Position numbers and translations under genes: made by a program
From: Lepidodermella squamata
Lineage: Eukaryota > Animalia > Gastrotricha
Direction of reading: 5' to 3'
NCBI GenBank assembly: GCA_047495785.1
Contig: JBLDXI010000025.1
Coordinates: 2,415,063-2,479,062, forward strand
Length of the DNA: 64,000 bases
The notes under the pieces: model-generated
The model's database searches: none
The model's input: the letters and a program-made list of their open reading frames with translations, nothing else
What the model was told of the DNA's origin: nothing
Shown here: positions 8,301-21,650 of the stretch, piece by piece
Layout: each line of letters starts with the position of its first letter
How positions within the stretch are numbered: position 1 is the stretch's first letter

Positions 8301-11300
8301 TATCACATACCAGCAAAACCCTTTCAGCTTGAATCCTGAAACCGGCGAACTGCGCCTGTCACCGGGCCACTCGCTCGACAAAGACATCGTTGGCATGTAT
8401 AACCTATCGGTCAGACTCCAGGATCTTGGAAATCCACCTCAAAACACAACATGCCAAGTTGTTGTCAAAATTCTGGATGTCAACAACAAACCGCCCAAGT
8501 TTATCCCGTCTGCTGTTAAATATGTCTCTGTCAGCGAAAATTCATCGCCTGAGAAATTCCTCGCAGTCATGTCTGCGGAAGATCCGGATATCGATGCTAA
8601 TCTTGAATACATTTTACTTACTGACCTAGTTTCGGCCGAATTCGGGCCACATTGGGTGGAAGCGTCGACTAGCCCGGCGCCGAGAAATTCGTCGTCAATG
8701 TTGACATTAGGCGAGTATCAAAACGACAGCTTGTACTCGCCTGTGCCGGGCAGCTCGACATCACCCCTTCTCACCTCACCGCCGCCCCTTTCGACAGCTT
8801 CGACGTCGCCTCAGTTGTCTAGCTTGGTTCAGAAACTGTTCTTAGTCGACAAACGCAACGGTTTTGTTCGGCTTCTGGATAAACTGGACCGCGAGCAGTT
8901 GCATGCGATTAAACTTCCGATTTTAGTCCGCGATCTGAATGCAGTTTCGCAAGCGCAAACCGCGACTGGCACCCTTGTGATTCAAGTTACCGACGTCAAC
9001 GATGCGACACCGCAATTCGACCGCGCTGATAGTTACTATCATTTCGAGGTAATTTTACTGCCTTTTAGCACTGATTTTGAGGACATCAATACTGAACTTA
9101 ATCTTGTTGTTCAGCGTACTTGAATTCTAAAATTAATCAAAATAATGATGAAATGTGAATCTATCGCTAAACATTGCTTAGTAAACATGTTTCAGACGGA
9201 AATCAGTGCACGTGTACCCAACTCTTAGATGAAAGATGAGATCTGTAATGGAGACAAGAGACAATGCAACTTCAAGATTTAAGCCTAACTTTTTTGGTTT
9301 TCAGGTCTCGGAGTCCGCTCCTATTTCGAGCCGAATCGGCGCTGTCAAGTGCATTGATGCAGACAGTGACGATGCGACTTACATCGAAGTGGAGCCGTGG
9401 GGCGATCGGCATCTCATCGACGTGACGCCGATAGGCGATGTGTTCACGAAGCAGTTGCTCGACTTTGAAACGCAGCGCCAGCTAAACGTCACCGTGACTT
9501 GCACGGACCGGGCTGGGCACCGAGCTCGGGCCATCGTCGCAGTGTCTCTGCTCGATGAAAACGACTGCGTACCAGCGTTCACTTCCGCACCAGACTACGC
9601 CACCGTGGCTGAGCTGGCTCCTCATGGTGAGCTGGTCGCAGAAATGCGGGCTACTGACTGCGATACTGGCGAGTACGGTCGCCTTAACTACTTTATCGTT
9701 GGCGGTAACGAAAAGGGCCACTTCGCCATCAACACTTACACTGGCGCTGTCACTGTTAACGGAATATTAGACGCGGAGACTGTCGACAATTATGAACTGA
9801 CCCTGTTAGTTAGGGACAATCCACTAGCAGCTCTGGCGAACCAGACAAACTCGGCTACGAAGCGTCTGCTGATTGCTGTGAAAGACATAAATGACTGCGT
9901 TCCAACCTTCGGCAAAGCCTCAGTTGCGCTTGGTGATATAGATATTTCAGCTCTCATCCCAGGCTTCCAACTCGTCGAACTGCCGCTTGCTAAGGATTGT
10001 GATAGAAGCATCAACAACTCGGCAATCACGTACTCTATTGATATGAACCTATACCCTGGGCCTCGTTTATTCGACATCGATCCTTCGACGGGGCGGGTCA
10101 GTGTGTCTGCCAAGGCATCGCCTAACGACTTCGAGAAAGTCGCAAACAGTCTTTACCATTTCGCTATCAAAGCCTCAGACCATGGCCTACCCGAACCACT
10201 CAGCAGCATTGCGACAGTTTCGCTGGTCATCAAGAAGGGTCAAACCTCTACTCCCTTCGTGTATACTGAAAAATCGCTTAGACCTTCAAACTCGCCGAAA
10301 TCGCTAGATCATACTGTTGCTATCGAAAGCTCGGGCGAATTAAATTTCCAGGTTAAGGAGGAATGGTCTGGTTGTTTTGGTACTCTCAAGTTGAAGCCGG
10401 AATTCATCAGTTGTTGCCACGACCTTCAATTCGACATTCTGAACTCGAAATACAACAGCTACATAGTTGCGAAGCAAATTAACGATAAAGTTGAGTTGTG
10501 TCTGCAGAAGCCAATCGACCACGAGGCCGCGATTTCTCAGCAGAATTCGTCCAAGGTGATTTTCCCGTTCACGTTGTCTATCCACGGTGCTAACTGCAAC
10601 CTCACGGCTTCGCGTTGTCTATCCGAGACGCCTTTCACCGTGGAAGTGCTCGATATCAATGACAACGCGCCTGTTTTCGAGAAACGCGAGCTTACAGTTC
10701 GAGCCCTTAGCCCTATCATTCGTGATGGCGATGTGATTGCGGATTTACGGGATTACCTGACTGATCGCGATTTCGATGCCGATTTCACAGCTGTCCGCTA
10801 TCGCATGTCGCCCCATGATAGCGTGAACAACCAGTTATCGGCTTTCCGGCGGTTTTTCGCGTTCAATGAAACATCCGGAGTTATCACTGTCTTGCCTGGC
10901 GACTTGCGTGCGCCTCTTTCACTCGCCAACCCAGCGAGCCCTATCCGGGTGACAATTTCGGCCTGGGACAATTCGACAATTAGGAAAAATGTAGAATCCA
11001 CAGTTCTCATTACGGTAAATTTTGTTGCTCTTATGATCTATGAGCATTTTAAGAATTGATTTTATAGATTCCGATTGTCACTAATTTGTCAAACTTGCTC
11101 GATATAATCGTTCGATACCCGACTGCGACATTTGACGAGAACTATCTATCGCGATATTTGCCTGAGAATGAAGACGACAGACTGTACGCAAGCCGATTTG
11201 TCCAGGCACTAAACGACGCGCTATCTACTGTAGAAGACATGGCACCTCTGCAAGTAGTCGAAGCAGGTCCTACTCTGCGGTTCGGTCCAAAATTCGCCGA

Positions 11301-14300
11301 CTCTGATTTGTGAGTTCCGTCCATCAATTTGAGCTTTGCTCTAGTATTATTGTTTTTATTAGATTGCACGTGATTGTTCACGAAGCGGAGAATCCTAAGC
11401 GTGTGACAAGTTTCAAGAGGACAGTTCCAAACGCCGATTTCGATAACAATGCTGACTCTTTGCGGAAATCGCTTTACAGAGCTTACCGCAGCTCTGATTC
11501 GATGAAAGACGTTTATGTGAGATTTGTCGTCATTCAACTCCAGGTAATTAATTTCAACTTCAAAAATCTCTTCTGATGAATTATTTTTCGTCGTAGCCAT
11601 TGCCATTGCTTTCGCAAAATTCAACGACTGGCCCTGATGCAATGTCAGCCGTGTTGCTGAACCTGACGATAACAGTGCCTGGCTCATCACCTGTCGACTT
11701 GATTCGAGTCGAAGAGCGCGTGTCTGCCGTCAAGCAGGAGGCAGCGTCGAGCGACGAGACTTTCACTACGTATATGTCATGGGCTTTCCTGTCGATCGTC
11801 ATCGTTTCGTTCCTGACCATGTCGATCTTGATCCTCGTCGCCGCCTTCATCGTATTCAGGCAAAAGTACGCAAAAGAGGCAGCCGAGCACTGCGCTAGTA
11901 GGCAATGCAACGCTAGCAGCTCGTCCACCGGCTGCGACTACGATAGGCCTATAGCCGTCGTCAGTGACGCAAAATTCACATGACCCGAATATTTTCGAGA
12001 AAATTTATTCAAAAAAATCTTTAAAAAATAGAGCCATTTATTTTCAAATATTTGTGCTATAAACTATGAAATTATTGTTGTTTAATAATATTATATGTTT
12101 CCTCTTCTCCTATTTTCCTTGCGATCGCCGCAGGTACCACCGAAAGATGCGTGCCCTCGAAATCCTTCTCACAGCTGGTTAGTTGTCGATGCTTAGCAAA
12201 TCGACGTTGTTTCGTTTTTTTGTTAAAAAATCATATATATCCGCGCGTTTTCGTCGTCATCTCGGTTGTGTGCATGCTTTGCGGCATCTACGCACTTTAA
12301 TTCGAATTCAATCGTTCTTCCATCACTGTTTTGTTTCGTCGTCCGTTTTTTGCTTTGGTGCTTTTTAGTTCTATCATATTATTGCAAAGTAGAGCGAATC
12401 ATTTATTGCGCATTCTCATTGTCTTATAATTTCTTCACCTTGTCTTATCACCACGTGGCCGTACAGATTCGGCGAATCGCCATCACCAGCCCAAAGCCGG
12501 CGGTACGACAACAATCATGAGCGGAGGCCCGAGCAGTCTGCGCGAGACGCAACACGGCAACACGGCCGCCTTCTTCGACTCGCGCACCCTGCCAGCCGAA
12601 AGCGCGGCGACTAAAATCACGAACGGCAACAAAGATCCGGGCCACTTTTACAAGAACAACGCCGTATCACTGACACGTGTTCACTATTCACGGGCGAGCG
12701 GTTTACCGGGTCCGGTCAACACGCCAAGCAGTAGTAACAATAACAGTAATCACAGCGAAGAAGCCCCACTGAAAAGTAGTAATAACGGCGGCCTGCTTGA
12801 CAAGTAAGCGCACATGTCTTTTTCACGCATTATCGTTTTTTTCCGGAAAAATAACCCGAGTGTCGCTTGATTTTTCGCACTTGAAACCGCCTAACCCCAC
12901 AGCAAATTTGATTTATTTTCATGTGTTGTTGCTATTATTATTATCTTTCGGGGAATGAATTTACAGTGTGATTTACCACCACATCAAACCGCCCGCCCCG
13001 CCGCCGCCGGGTGGGCTGAGTCACCGTTTTGGTGGCGCGCGGCGTTTCCTGGTCATCAGACGGCGAAAGACCGCGATCGGTCAAATCGAGCGTGACGATG
13101 ACCTGGCGGAGTTGACGGCCTCAGCTTCGGCTGCGGTGCCGCCGTCAACAGCCGGGGCATCGCCATCGCCGAAAAAGGTTCGCTTCGCCCTTCCGGCCCG
13201 CAGCAGCCGATGTGACACGCCGAGCGAAACAGTCAGTAAAAACACCGGCTGTCTCGAAATTTGATAGGTAGCCAAAAATTAGAAGACGCGGGTTTGAACC
13301 GGGGAATAGATTATAACTTTTCTTATACTAGGCTGTTTTGTTTGCTTTGGTATTCATTCCTATACTTTCTTTTGTTTCGCCTTTCTTTAACGCCCGCGAA
13401 GAAATCCGATAATGGTGGCACCGGCGCCGGTTGTGAGGCGCTACCAGCCGCGAACGTCGGCGGGTACGGCCTTCGTCAAGGCGCTGCGCTCGGGCCGCCT
13501 CTCGGTGATAACGCCGGCGAGCAGCAGTGGCACTGACGAAGCGCTCGTGCCGACGGCGAATAATAACATCATTCGCAGCTCCGGCAGCGCCGTGTCACCG
13601 TCGTCCGTCGCTGCCGCCAGCAAACCTGCCGGCAGCATCGTCGAGTTCGAACAGGCCGATATCATATTCCAGCAGCGAAAATAACAAAATACCTATAATC
13701 ACACAATAAAGAGTAAAGAAGCGTTATTACCTATCGTTGTTGGGTAAACTATGGATAAAACGTACCAGTAGAACACGCACGGTTCATGAGATCACCCGCA
13801 TGAAATGGTTGCACCGAATTTATCCTGTTAACTCACCGCACTTAAATGCATTTTTCTTTTAGCTTGCACTAATACTAACTTGATTGAAATGAAACAATGG
13901 TTTCGGGAGTTTGAAGGCGCTTGCCTGTGGTTTCTCTGATATTATATATTCTAGCGGTGTAGAATGATAGATTTTGTGTTATATTCGAGTGGTTAATTTG
14001 TGTTTTCTACTCGCAGCTTCCGCACGAATATTTTCTCCACATTCTTTCGGCCGATCGCAGCCCAGCCGTCGCAGCTGGGCGCCGACTCTTATCGGCACGC
14101 AAACAGACAACAGCAGCAGCAGAGACAGCGTGGCGATGACGACGCGGACAGCCGAGCAACAGCAGCAGCAGATGATGATGGCGTTCGCGAGCAACCTGAC
14201 GAGTCTAAACCCCGGCGTCTTTTCACCTTCGGCGGCGATGATGGCGCTGGAGGAGGAGTCGCTGTCGGGCCCGGACGCGCAGCTGGCGCTCGTCGCGCAA

Positions 14301-15130
14301 ATGGCGCAGTACAGCGACGCGCGACCGCCGGCGCCGTCTACACCGGCGAGGTGCCCAAGTTCATCGCGAGCCTGGTCGCCAGCCAGCAGTCGGGCTCCAA
14401 CGCCAGCCTCGACGCCCCGATCGCCCCCAGCGGCAGCACCGGCGACGAGGGCTTCGCGTCGTTCACCAGCCTGCCGCCGCCCGACGGGCAACAGCGGCGC
14501 AGCCAGCAGCGCCTGCTCTCGAACAGCCTCGACGGCCGCAGCCTGGCGGTGGCGCCTCACGAGTCGCAACAGCAACAGCAGCAGCAGCAGCAGCAGTCCG
14601 CGGTCGTGGTGCCAGCGTTTGGCCGCCGGGCTTCTGCTCCAGCGGCCGAGAACGTGTACGACGCCGACGCCGACGACGATGTGGCCGCCTCCATCGCCTA
14701 CGAAAACGGCGCCGCCGCCGACGGATCCGACCAGTACTGCCCCATCGAGACATATGCCAAGTTTCCGTTTATAGACTCCACCGTGTCGTCCAGCTTCAAC
14801 AACATCACCGGCTGCAACTCGAGTAGCTTCTCGCCCTTCCGCCCGCAGGTTACCCGCGGCGCCCACCACTTCTCGGCTGATAACGGCGGCGGCTGTCGGC
14901 GCCAGCGCACGCCAACCGGTTTCGTCTACAACGTCGACATTCACTACCGGCAACCGTCTCCGGCGCACAGCGACTCGACGGCGAGACACGACGACCGGTT
15001 GCAGTTGGCGGCGCAGAGTTTCATGCCGGCTCCTGTTGATGACGACGAGCGAGTGGACGCGTCACCCCATGGCTTCCCTTCATCCCCGCCGTCACCATCA
15101 CTCGCTCTCGTTTCTGCAACTCTGCTCTGA
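5340..15130 (+). CDS. Large non-classical cadherin (~13 EC repeats, single TM; CDH23/PCDH15/Cad87A-like architecture), multi-exon
   Basis: Signal-peptide exon 5340-5415. Further exons: 5532-6880, 6930-7265, 7323-7904, 7960-9048, 9305-11014, 11068-11309, 11363-11516, 11597-11865, 12134-12177, 12467-12803, plus alternative last exons. All join in frame at GT-AG sites. Repeated DxNDxxP, LDRE/LDFE and AxDxD motifs. TM segment WAFLSIVIVSFLTMSILILVAAFIVF. Confidence 0.93.
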
Positions 15131-15878
15131 TTACAAGCTCACTCTTCCCTTTAAAAAGCTTTATTGCCCATATAGCTCTAAATTTTTTAACACCAAAAGC
15201 ATCTCCCTCTCAGTGTCTCACCTCAAAGTCGCGACAATATTTTTATCTATTGTAAAACTGAAACCAAAGATGGATGACCTTTAGCATGGAATTTTTGAAC
15301 CTGCGTATCTTCGAATTTGCGGCGAAACTCTGTTGTATATAGATTCACGAGCTGATAAATCCTAAAAGAATTCATTAGCTTCGCAAAACTTCTGTACATA
15401 TTTTGTTGAATAAATGTTATGACTATTGCGAAAACTATGCTACTAAAAACTCGGCGTAACTATAATTTAAATATTGCGTAAAAACGATGGAAAGAATAAA
15501 AATGTTTGCTCCAAGGTGTTTGTTGTGTTTTCAAGTTAACAGGTTGCAGCTTCGAGATCAGTAGATTCGGCAAAACGTCTGATAGCCAACAAAATTTGAT
15601 CAATTTTACTTCAGTTCTGTTTTTGAAGCAGCTCATGAAAAAATAAACATCTTGATTTCAAGAGGATTCGGGTCATTATAGACGAAATTATCGACATGAC
15701 ATCGCAAGTTGGGAAAAATAATACACCTACCCGAAACAAAAATCACTTAAAATAGCTTCCCTGTGCGTCAAATAAAAAATATATAAATTAAAAACGGAAA
15801 AATACAGAGGTTTCATGATAGAATTTATGTGTCTAAAAAGAAAAATTTCTATAGATCGAGACATCAGAGTATGGAGTA

Positions 15879-17972
15879 TCATCGGAAAATCGCTAGTAAC
15901 CCAAGTTCGAGGGCTATAAGTACAGTCAGCATTTGTAGAGAGGATGCTGAGTTGAGTTCGCGAGGAGCCGCTTTTATGAAAGGATAGCTAGCATCGTACT
16001 CAGGGCTCGTTTCGACAGATGAAGCTTCTTCTTGACCTAAAAACGCCACAACCGATGCAGGCGATCCCGATCCACCATCGATGCTCAACGGAATCTGGAA
16101 ACAATAAATCTCAGTAATTGAAAGTATTAAATTAAAAGGGCGAGTCGTTAATAGTAGCAGATGGCCGCGAACGAGTAAATGGATTCCAAAATCAGTGAGC
16201 TTACAATGAGACAGGGCACCGGTTTCCCTCCGTCAGGCAGTTGATGTATATTGTTCAGGTTTTCGAGCACAAAAGCGCCATTCGAGGCAGCTATAACATG
16301 TGCGGACAAATCTTCGCTCGGACCTGGATCTATGCTGAGCGTATCGATGCCCAGCCCGACGTAGCGGGCTTCAGTCGCACCAGGCGGTGGTTGCACCAGC
16401 ATTGACGCCAGTTCCCGTGAAACCCCGGGAAAAATCATTTGGTTGACGTAAAGCGAGCTGTTGCGCCAATACTTGCTGACGCCGGTGTGAAAGAGCGCGA
16501 CGCAGCCCGATGACATGCGTTTCAACGAAGAGCTTGAAGGTCCAAACTCCTCGTAGTCCGATATAGAAATGCCACGCTCGGTTGCCGACGTCTTACGACC
16601 TGGGAGCATCTGAAACAAGAACAGAGAGGTCGAAATTTGAGATTCGAAAAATCAACCTTACCTGCCGCGAAAGGTCAACCTTGAAGCAGCAATTAGAGAA
16701 CAGTTTTGATTTTGGTAGTTTCGCAATGTCGGATCCGTTAGGCAGCATATGATAAGGCGCGTCAATGTGGGTGCCAAAGTGTTCCGCGAACTTGACACGC
16801 ACATGCGGCCGCGGAGGGCGCACGGTGCGGTGCTGCGGCGATAAGGCTGGTCCAACTGGGGCGGCGAAGAAATTGGGATGCTGCTCGCCGATATTCGCGG
16901 CTTGCTGCTCAGAAAACAACATCGCCCGACCACTTTTTGTCGACATGGTCGCTCGTACGATCGGCTTTGGTGTTCCAGGCCATAGAGGTAGTGAGTTTGA
17001 CAGCGGGTCTTTCGGGAACCACTCGTGTGATAACGAAACTGGCTGCTTCGATGTGAAATTGAGCAAGGTCACAGCAGCTAGTCCGACTGGTACCGTGCGG
17101 TCTGGCTGGAAAACCAGAAAATACGCGTAGAAAAATGTGCTGGAATCGAACTCGTCGTCAGTGAATTCGAGAGCGTAGCCTCGCTTACTCCGCTCATGGC
17201 GTTGATGGTGGTGATGGCGTCGGAGCCTTTGCCGAGCCGCTTTCCGAGACTCGGCCACCGCTGCGCCCATTTTTAAGGCGTCTTCGTGAGACACCGGCGC
17301 TGCCGATACTATTAAAACAATTCCGTTGTTTAAAAACGCGAGTTCGAGCGAGGCAAATTGAGCCGATTGAGTCGAATTACACGGCGCAAGGCCTTTGCAA
17401 TACGTCGACTTTCGACGGGAAGCTTCCAGCTCTCGCTTGCCGTCAATATATCGATGGTTTGTGATTAAAACTGATATTTGCTTGTCGAATATCAAACAAT
17501 CAGTAGCTTCGGTTGTCAGCAAGTCGTGCTCGTGATCTTCGTCATCTGCGTACGCCGACGAGTCTATGAGTATGACGACTGAGTGGGGAGTCACCTTGGC
17601 GAAGTCTTCGTGCGTCCACGAGTACCGCCGCCGCTCGGCTGAACTGTCGCTGGACAACGGGGCAATGAAAGCGTGAACCCGTCGACCCTGAAGAGCGTCG
17701 ACACCGCCCAAGTTTTCGTAGAAACCACGCGGCAAGAGCGCACTAGTTGCCTTACGCGTGTCCTTGACTTCGACTGTATTGACGAGAACGCGGCTGTCAT
17801 CGCGTAGAGACTCTTCGAGCCGATAAACTGTCGGGAGAATCACTGTTCCAGCATCCTCAGGCTTGATTGGCCGGGTCAAATCAATCACATGAACTGGATC
17901 CTGAGCGGCCGATACCGCGACAAGCAGCAAAGAAAAGGCGAACAGGTAGAGAAGGCTCGAAATCGCCATCAT
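15879..17972 (-). CDS. Metal-dependent cyclase family (kynurenine formamidase/isatin hydrolase-like) with signal peptide and GPI-like C-terminus, 3 exons
   Basis: HFGTHIDAPYH (HxGTHxDxPxH signature), GIDTLSID, ENLNNIHQLP and IPLSIDGGSGSP motifs. Introns at 16661-16610 and ~16204-16095. Hydrophobic N- and C-termini. Confidence 0.88.
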
Positions 17973-19268
17973 TTGACCACACACATTGCCTCTGATGAAG
18001 ATATTGTTCTGCTCGTACTAGAGAGCACTATTTTTGTAGAAAACAATCGCCTATAATAAGCATCAGAAAAATTTAAGACCGGGTAAATGCGCTTTTTTTG
18101 ATTTAGCGGCGCGCAGTTTGAAATGCGGTGGCACTATTATTAGTGGTGTCTTTTTTGCGGCTAGACGCGCTGGGGCCCGATGGGAAAGGCGCGTGTTATC
18201 AGCGCGTGCATAATACGCGATTTATTGCCGGCTGTATACTAATAAGCAGTTGTTGGCTTTCACAGGCAGGCAAATCGATACAATAGATGATCGCAGCGAG
18301 TGTAACTTGTCGCCGCATGACCTGAAATTTCGGCGGGGTGCGGCCATAAAACACGCCGTTATAGGCTTGCGTGTGGTCACTGGTCAAGCTTGACATGAAA
18401 TATTTAAATAGCGTGAATGTTTTGTTTGTGAACATCATTATCGCAGCAGGCTTTTCTAAACAAATTCAGTCATCATAGTAAAAAGCGGTCAGTTTTTGAA
18501 ATAACTGCAGACAAATAATTTGTTCCGAAAAAGCGCGCACCCGATCCATTCATCAGCATGTACGACGGTAATCGAATTTTTCAAGGCGGCTCAAGCGGAA
18601 CGCCCTTGGAAATGGAAAAAAGCGTCTCGAGAGCTAGCAACCGTGCGATCGGCTCTAATGTACTATGCTGCCCGTACTTGAATTCATTCCGAATAAGGAA
18701 GTCTGTTGTGGTCCTCTGGTCAGCAAAACACGATCTGGCACCATCGAAAATAGTGCGCGTAAAATATTGCCGCGGGAAGGAAATTGAACGCGCGCTAAAA
18801 GGTGCGGTTGACCTAAAAACCACACAGCCCTTTGTTTTCTGTATTTTAGAGTAGGTAGCTCCGTTGCGTGAGCGGGCACTTCTAACTTCTTAATGGGCGT
18901 TTCTGTCACTCTTAATGGCTCTGAGATGAAATACAGAAAATAGCGTAATTAATTTTCCGTAAGATCAAAGAGTGTCAAGGCAATAAATAGGTGAGCAGCG
19001 ACTATTTAGCGCATTTCAATTACTTTTTTATTCCGTCCTAAAAATGCAAGAATCATCGAAACGTCATAATATACCGTAAATTGGGGCAAAATGGCCGCGG
19101 GAAAAAAATGACCCCCTGTTTTTTTCGCATTTTTACACGTTTCAGAGGGTCCTGATTCCGATTTTATAGGAAGCTCATTTTGCCCCAGGTTTGGGGCAAA
19201 TTGGACAGGTGTTTTGGGGCTAATTGGCCACCCTTATCCTTATAATGGGTTTTTAATATTTGATGATT

Positions 19269-19364
19269 GTGAGGGTTGAATGGTCGAGTGGTTGTGATGC
19301 GTCATCAGAACTTGAGTGATCTGATGAGCGACGGTTCGAATCCTCATAAAGTAGCATTTTTTTT
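19269..19364 (+). ncRNA. tRNA-derived Pol III-type cassette (A box, B box, T8 terminator); not a canonical tRNA
   Basis: A box TGGTCGAGTGG at 19281-19291 and B box GGTTCGAATCC at 19333-19343. A stem CGTCATCAGA/TCTGATGAGCG lies between them. T8 at 19357-19364. Confidence 0.55.
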
Positions 19365-19571
19365 GCTACGCATTTAATTTTTTAATTTTTTGGTTTCAAT
19401 TGTCCATTTTACTAATAATTTTTAATTAGTTTCTCCGTTTTTTCTGATAGTTTTACTGCTGAGCAACTTTTAAACGCCTCCCGAACAAAAGAAATGCCCG
19501 GGATACGTGGTGTTAGTAGAATAATTAAAATGGAAAATTAACAGAAAAAATTAAAAAATTAAATGCGTAGC

Positions 19572-19669
19572 AAAAAAAATGCTACTTTATGAGGATTCGA
19601 ACCGTCGCTCATCAGATCACTCGCAAGCTCTGATGACGCATCACAACCACTCGACCATTCAACCCTCAC
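19572..19669 (-). ncRNA. Inverted second copy of the tRNA-derived Pol III-type cassette
   Basis: Reverse-complement B box ggattcgaacc at 19593-19603, A box ccactcgacca at 19647-19657 and A8 at 19572-19579. Confidence 0.55.
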
Positions 19670-21650
19670 AATCATCAAATATTAAAAACCCATTATAAGG
19701 ATAAGGGTGGCCAATTAGCCCCCATCATTGAGTTTTCCATGGGGTAATTTGGCCACAATCACCTAGCCATACCTGTGCATCGCCTGGGGTCGCGGTTTTT
19801 TTTGCTGTCATCTACGACGAAAATGGTCGAAGGAAAAAATTTCATCTGAACATCAAACCTCGTGATTGGCTCCAGGTAATTCAATTTAGAGGAGTCGTTT
19901 TTACCTCCCCAAACTCACCTTTAAACAACAACATGCTGTGACCTCATTCCGGGACATACCTGGCTGAAAATTTACAGGCTTGTAAAAGGCTTGTTGATAA
20001 TCGTCCCCGTAAATTTTTGTGAAGTTTTATCTTGTAGTTTTTGAGCTATCGATAAAAATGTGAAAACCTCAATTTTTGGCCAATTAGCCCCAAAGGTTCA
20101 TTTTGCCCCAAATGACGGTATACTGAAACATAACGCAGCCGCGCTATTTCCTGTCGAAAGGTTGGATGCGCGTGTCTCCGGTGCGATTTCTCAGACTTGA
20201 TAAATGATTCTGAATAGAAGGAAGTATGCAGAAATTGCCGAGAAGCTGACTTATTATTATATAGAAAAATAGCCCTAATAAAACGCGTTAACTACTTAAT
20301 TGCAAAATAATATTGCGATTTTCTCACACTATAGCAACTAAATAGAAAAGAGCACTGGCGCTTTAAACTGTCTAGTGCTTTCAACAGCGTCGAGCATAAA
20401 AACTTGAAAAGGCATCATCATTTCTCGTATCGCTTTACTCTTCCGGCTATATACTCTTCGAATATGTGTTACAGAAAGTGTCTATAACTTCGACTGAAAG
20501 CCCATCATCCGTTGAAAAACCTTGCGCATATCGCCTTGAACAGTGAGCCAGCCTCAGCGCAACGTAAATGCCAAAAAACAACAAGCTATTATAAAGAGAG
20601 TATTTTATTCAAAATAAATAAATATTTTTTCACACGCTGAAAGGTTTTTCGAAGAAACCAAATTATACGAGATGTTGGGCGAGGAGCATCATGACGAGCG
20701 CAAAAAACTAGCCGCGATTAAGATGCGCTTTTTGCGGTTGTAGGTTATAATGCAACAGGGTGGCGATATAACGAGCCGCCTCGAAGAGCGCGCGCACCGC
20801 AAATACACTGAATTGAATAAAAAAAAGCAATATTCGCTACCGAGTTGCGCTAATCAAATCTCTTGAGTCATGAAAAAACATCAGCCGTCATCAAGCCGGG
20901 CCGCAGAAAAAACACGGCGTGCGCAATAAAACTTGAAACAAGGTAATAATACGCTAGACAAGCTATAGCATTGCGGTAGTAAAAGGGTTGCAGGCTTACG
21001 CCGGAAAAAATGACGGCATGAAACTCTGAAGTGGAGACATCTTATTATGAAGATCCTACTCACTTGTCATGAATGTATCATTTTCTCAGAAAGAGGTTTC
21101 AGTCTGACAACGAGTCGATTTTTTTCTTGTACAAGAGCGTGCTGAACAACGGCTTGGTCAAGACGGTAACATTTTTGGGCAATATCATATTGTCTGAGTG
21201 GTATAAAATGAACCACTCGTGGCGAAAATTCTATCTAGGCTAAATCTTGATTCCTCTTTATAGCCCGAAATCACAATAATCTATGTTGTTTTTACATGAT
21301 TGAGTGCCGTCATAAAACTTTGGTATATTCGATAACATATAGGCAAGTGCAATGAGCGGGTCTTCCATAACAATAACGATCGGGGGTGGTCAATATAACC
21401 TATGCTTTGTTTTTCGGCAAAAAATTGTTTTATATTCCCTCCCACACATCTGTCGCCCGCAACGGCGCCCGCAACGGCTATAACATGCGATAATATATGA
21501 AATGCGCCTTTGGGCCAAGCTTCCGTCCGCAGAATAAGTTTTATTGCTCGATTAGTATACAAACTCGCATAGATGATGTGAGTAAATAAAAATAAAACCT
21601 GATAGCAGATGCATGAAATCTTGATTTGAGAGATAAAACTATATCCTGCG

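Larger units (their letters stand above)
19216..19722. repeat. Internal inverted repeat of the MITE (arms ~19216-19410 and ~19525-19722)
   Basis: About 175 bp of near-perfect reverse complement, with a 2-nt indel and a substitution in the central hairpin loop. Confidence 0.95.
19074..20118. mobile_element. Non-autonomous TIR DNA transposon/MITE (Tc1/mariner-pogo-like, TA target duplication)
   Basis: Ends are TA|CCGTAAATTGGGGCAAAATG ... CATTTTGCCCCAAATGACGG|TA (20-bp TIR, 2 mismatches). An internal GGGGC(A/T)AA(A/T)TGG motif is repeated in both orientations. No transposase ORF. Confidence 0.85.

Noticed and set aside
13974-14989. Long overlapping ORFs (13974-14774 +, 13979-14989 -)
   Set aside because: Shadow frames of a GC-rich, CAG-rich cadherin terminal exon. 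Only the 14017-15130 frame splices in phase.
18199-18909. Short ORFs upstream of the cyclase gene
   Set aside because: No recognisable motifs or consistent exon chain; likely intergenic.
19269-19347. Functional tRNA gene
   Set aside because: A and B boxes are present, but I could not fold a canonical cloverleaf (no separate acceptor and T stems, no 7-nt anticodon loop). It lies within a MITE.
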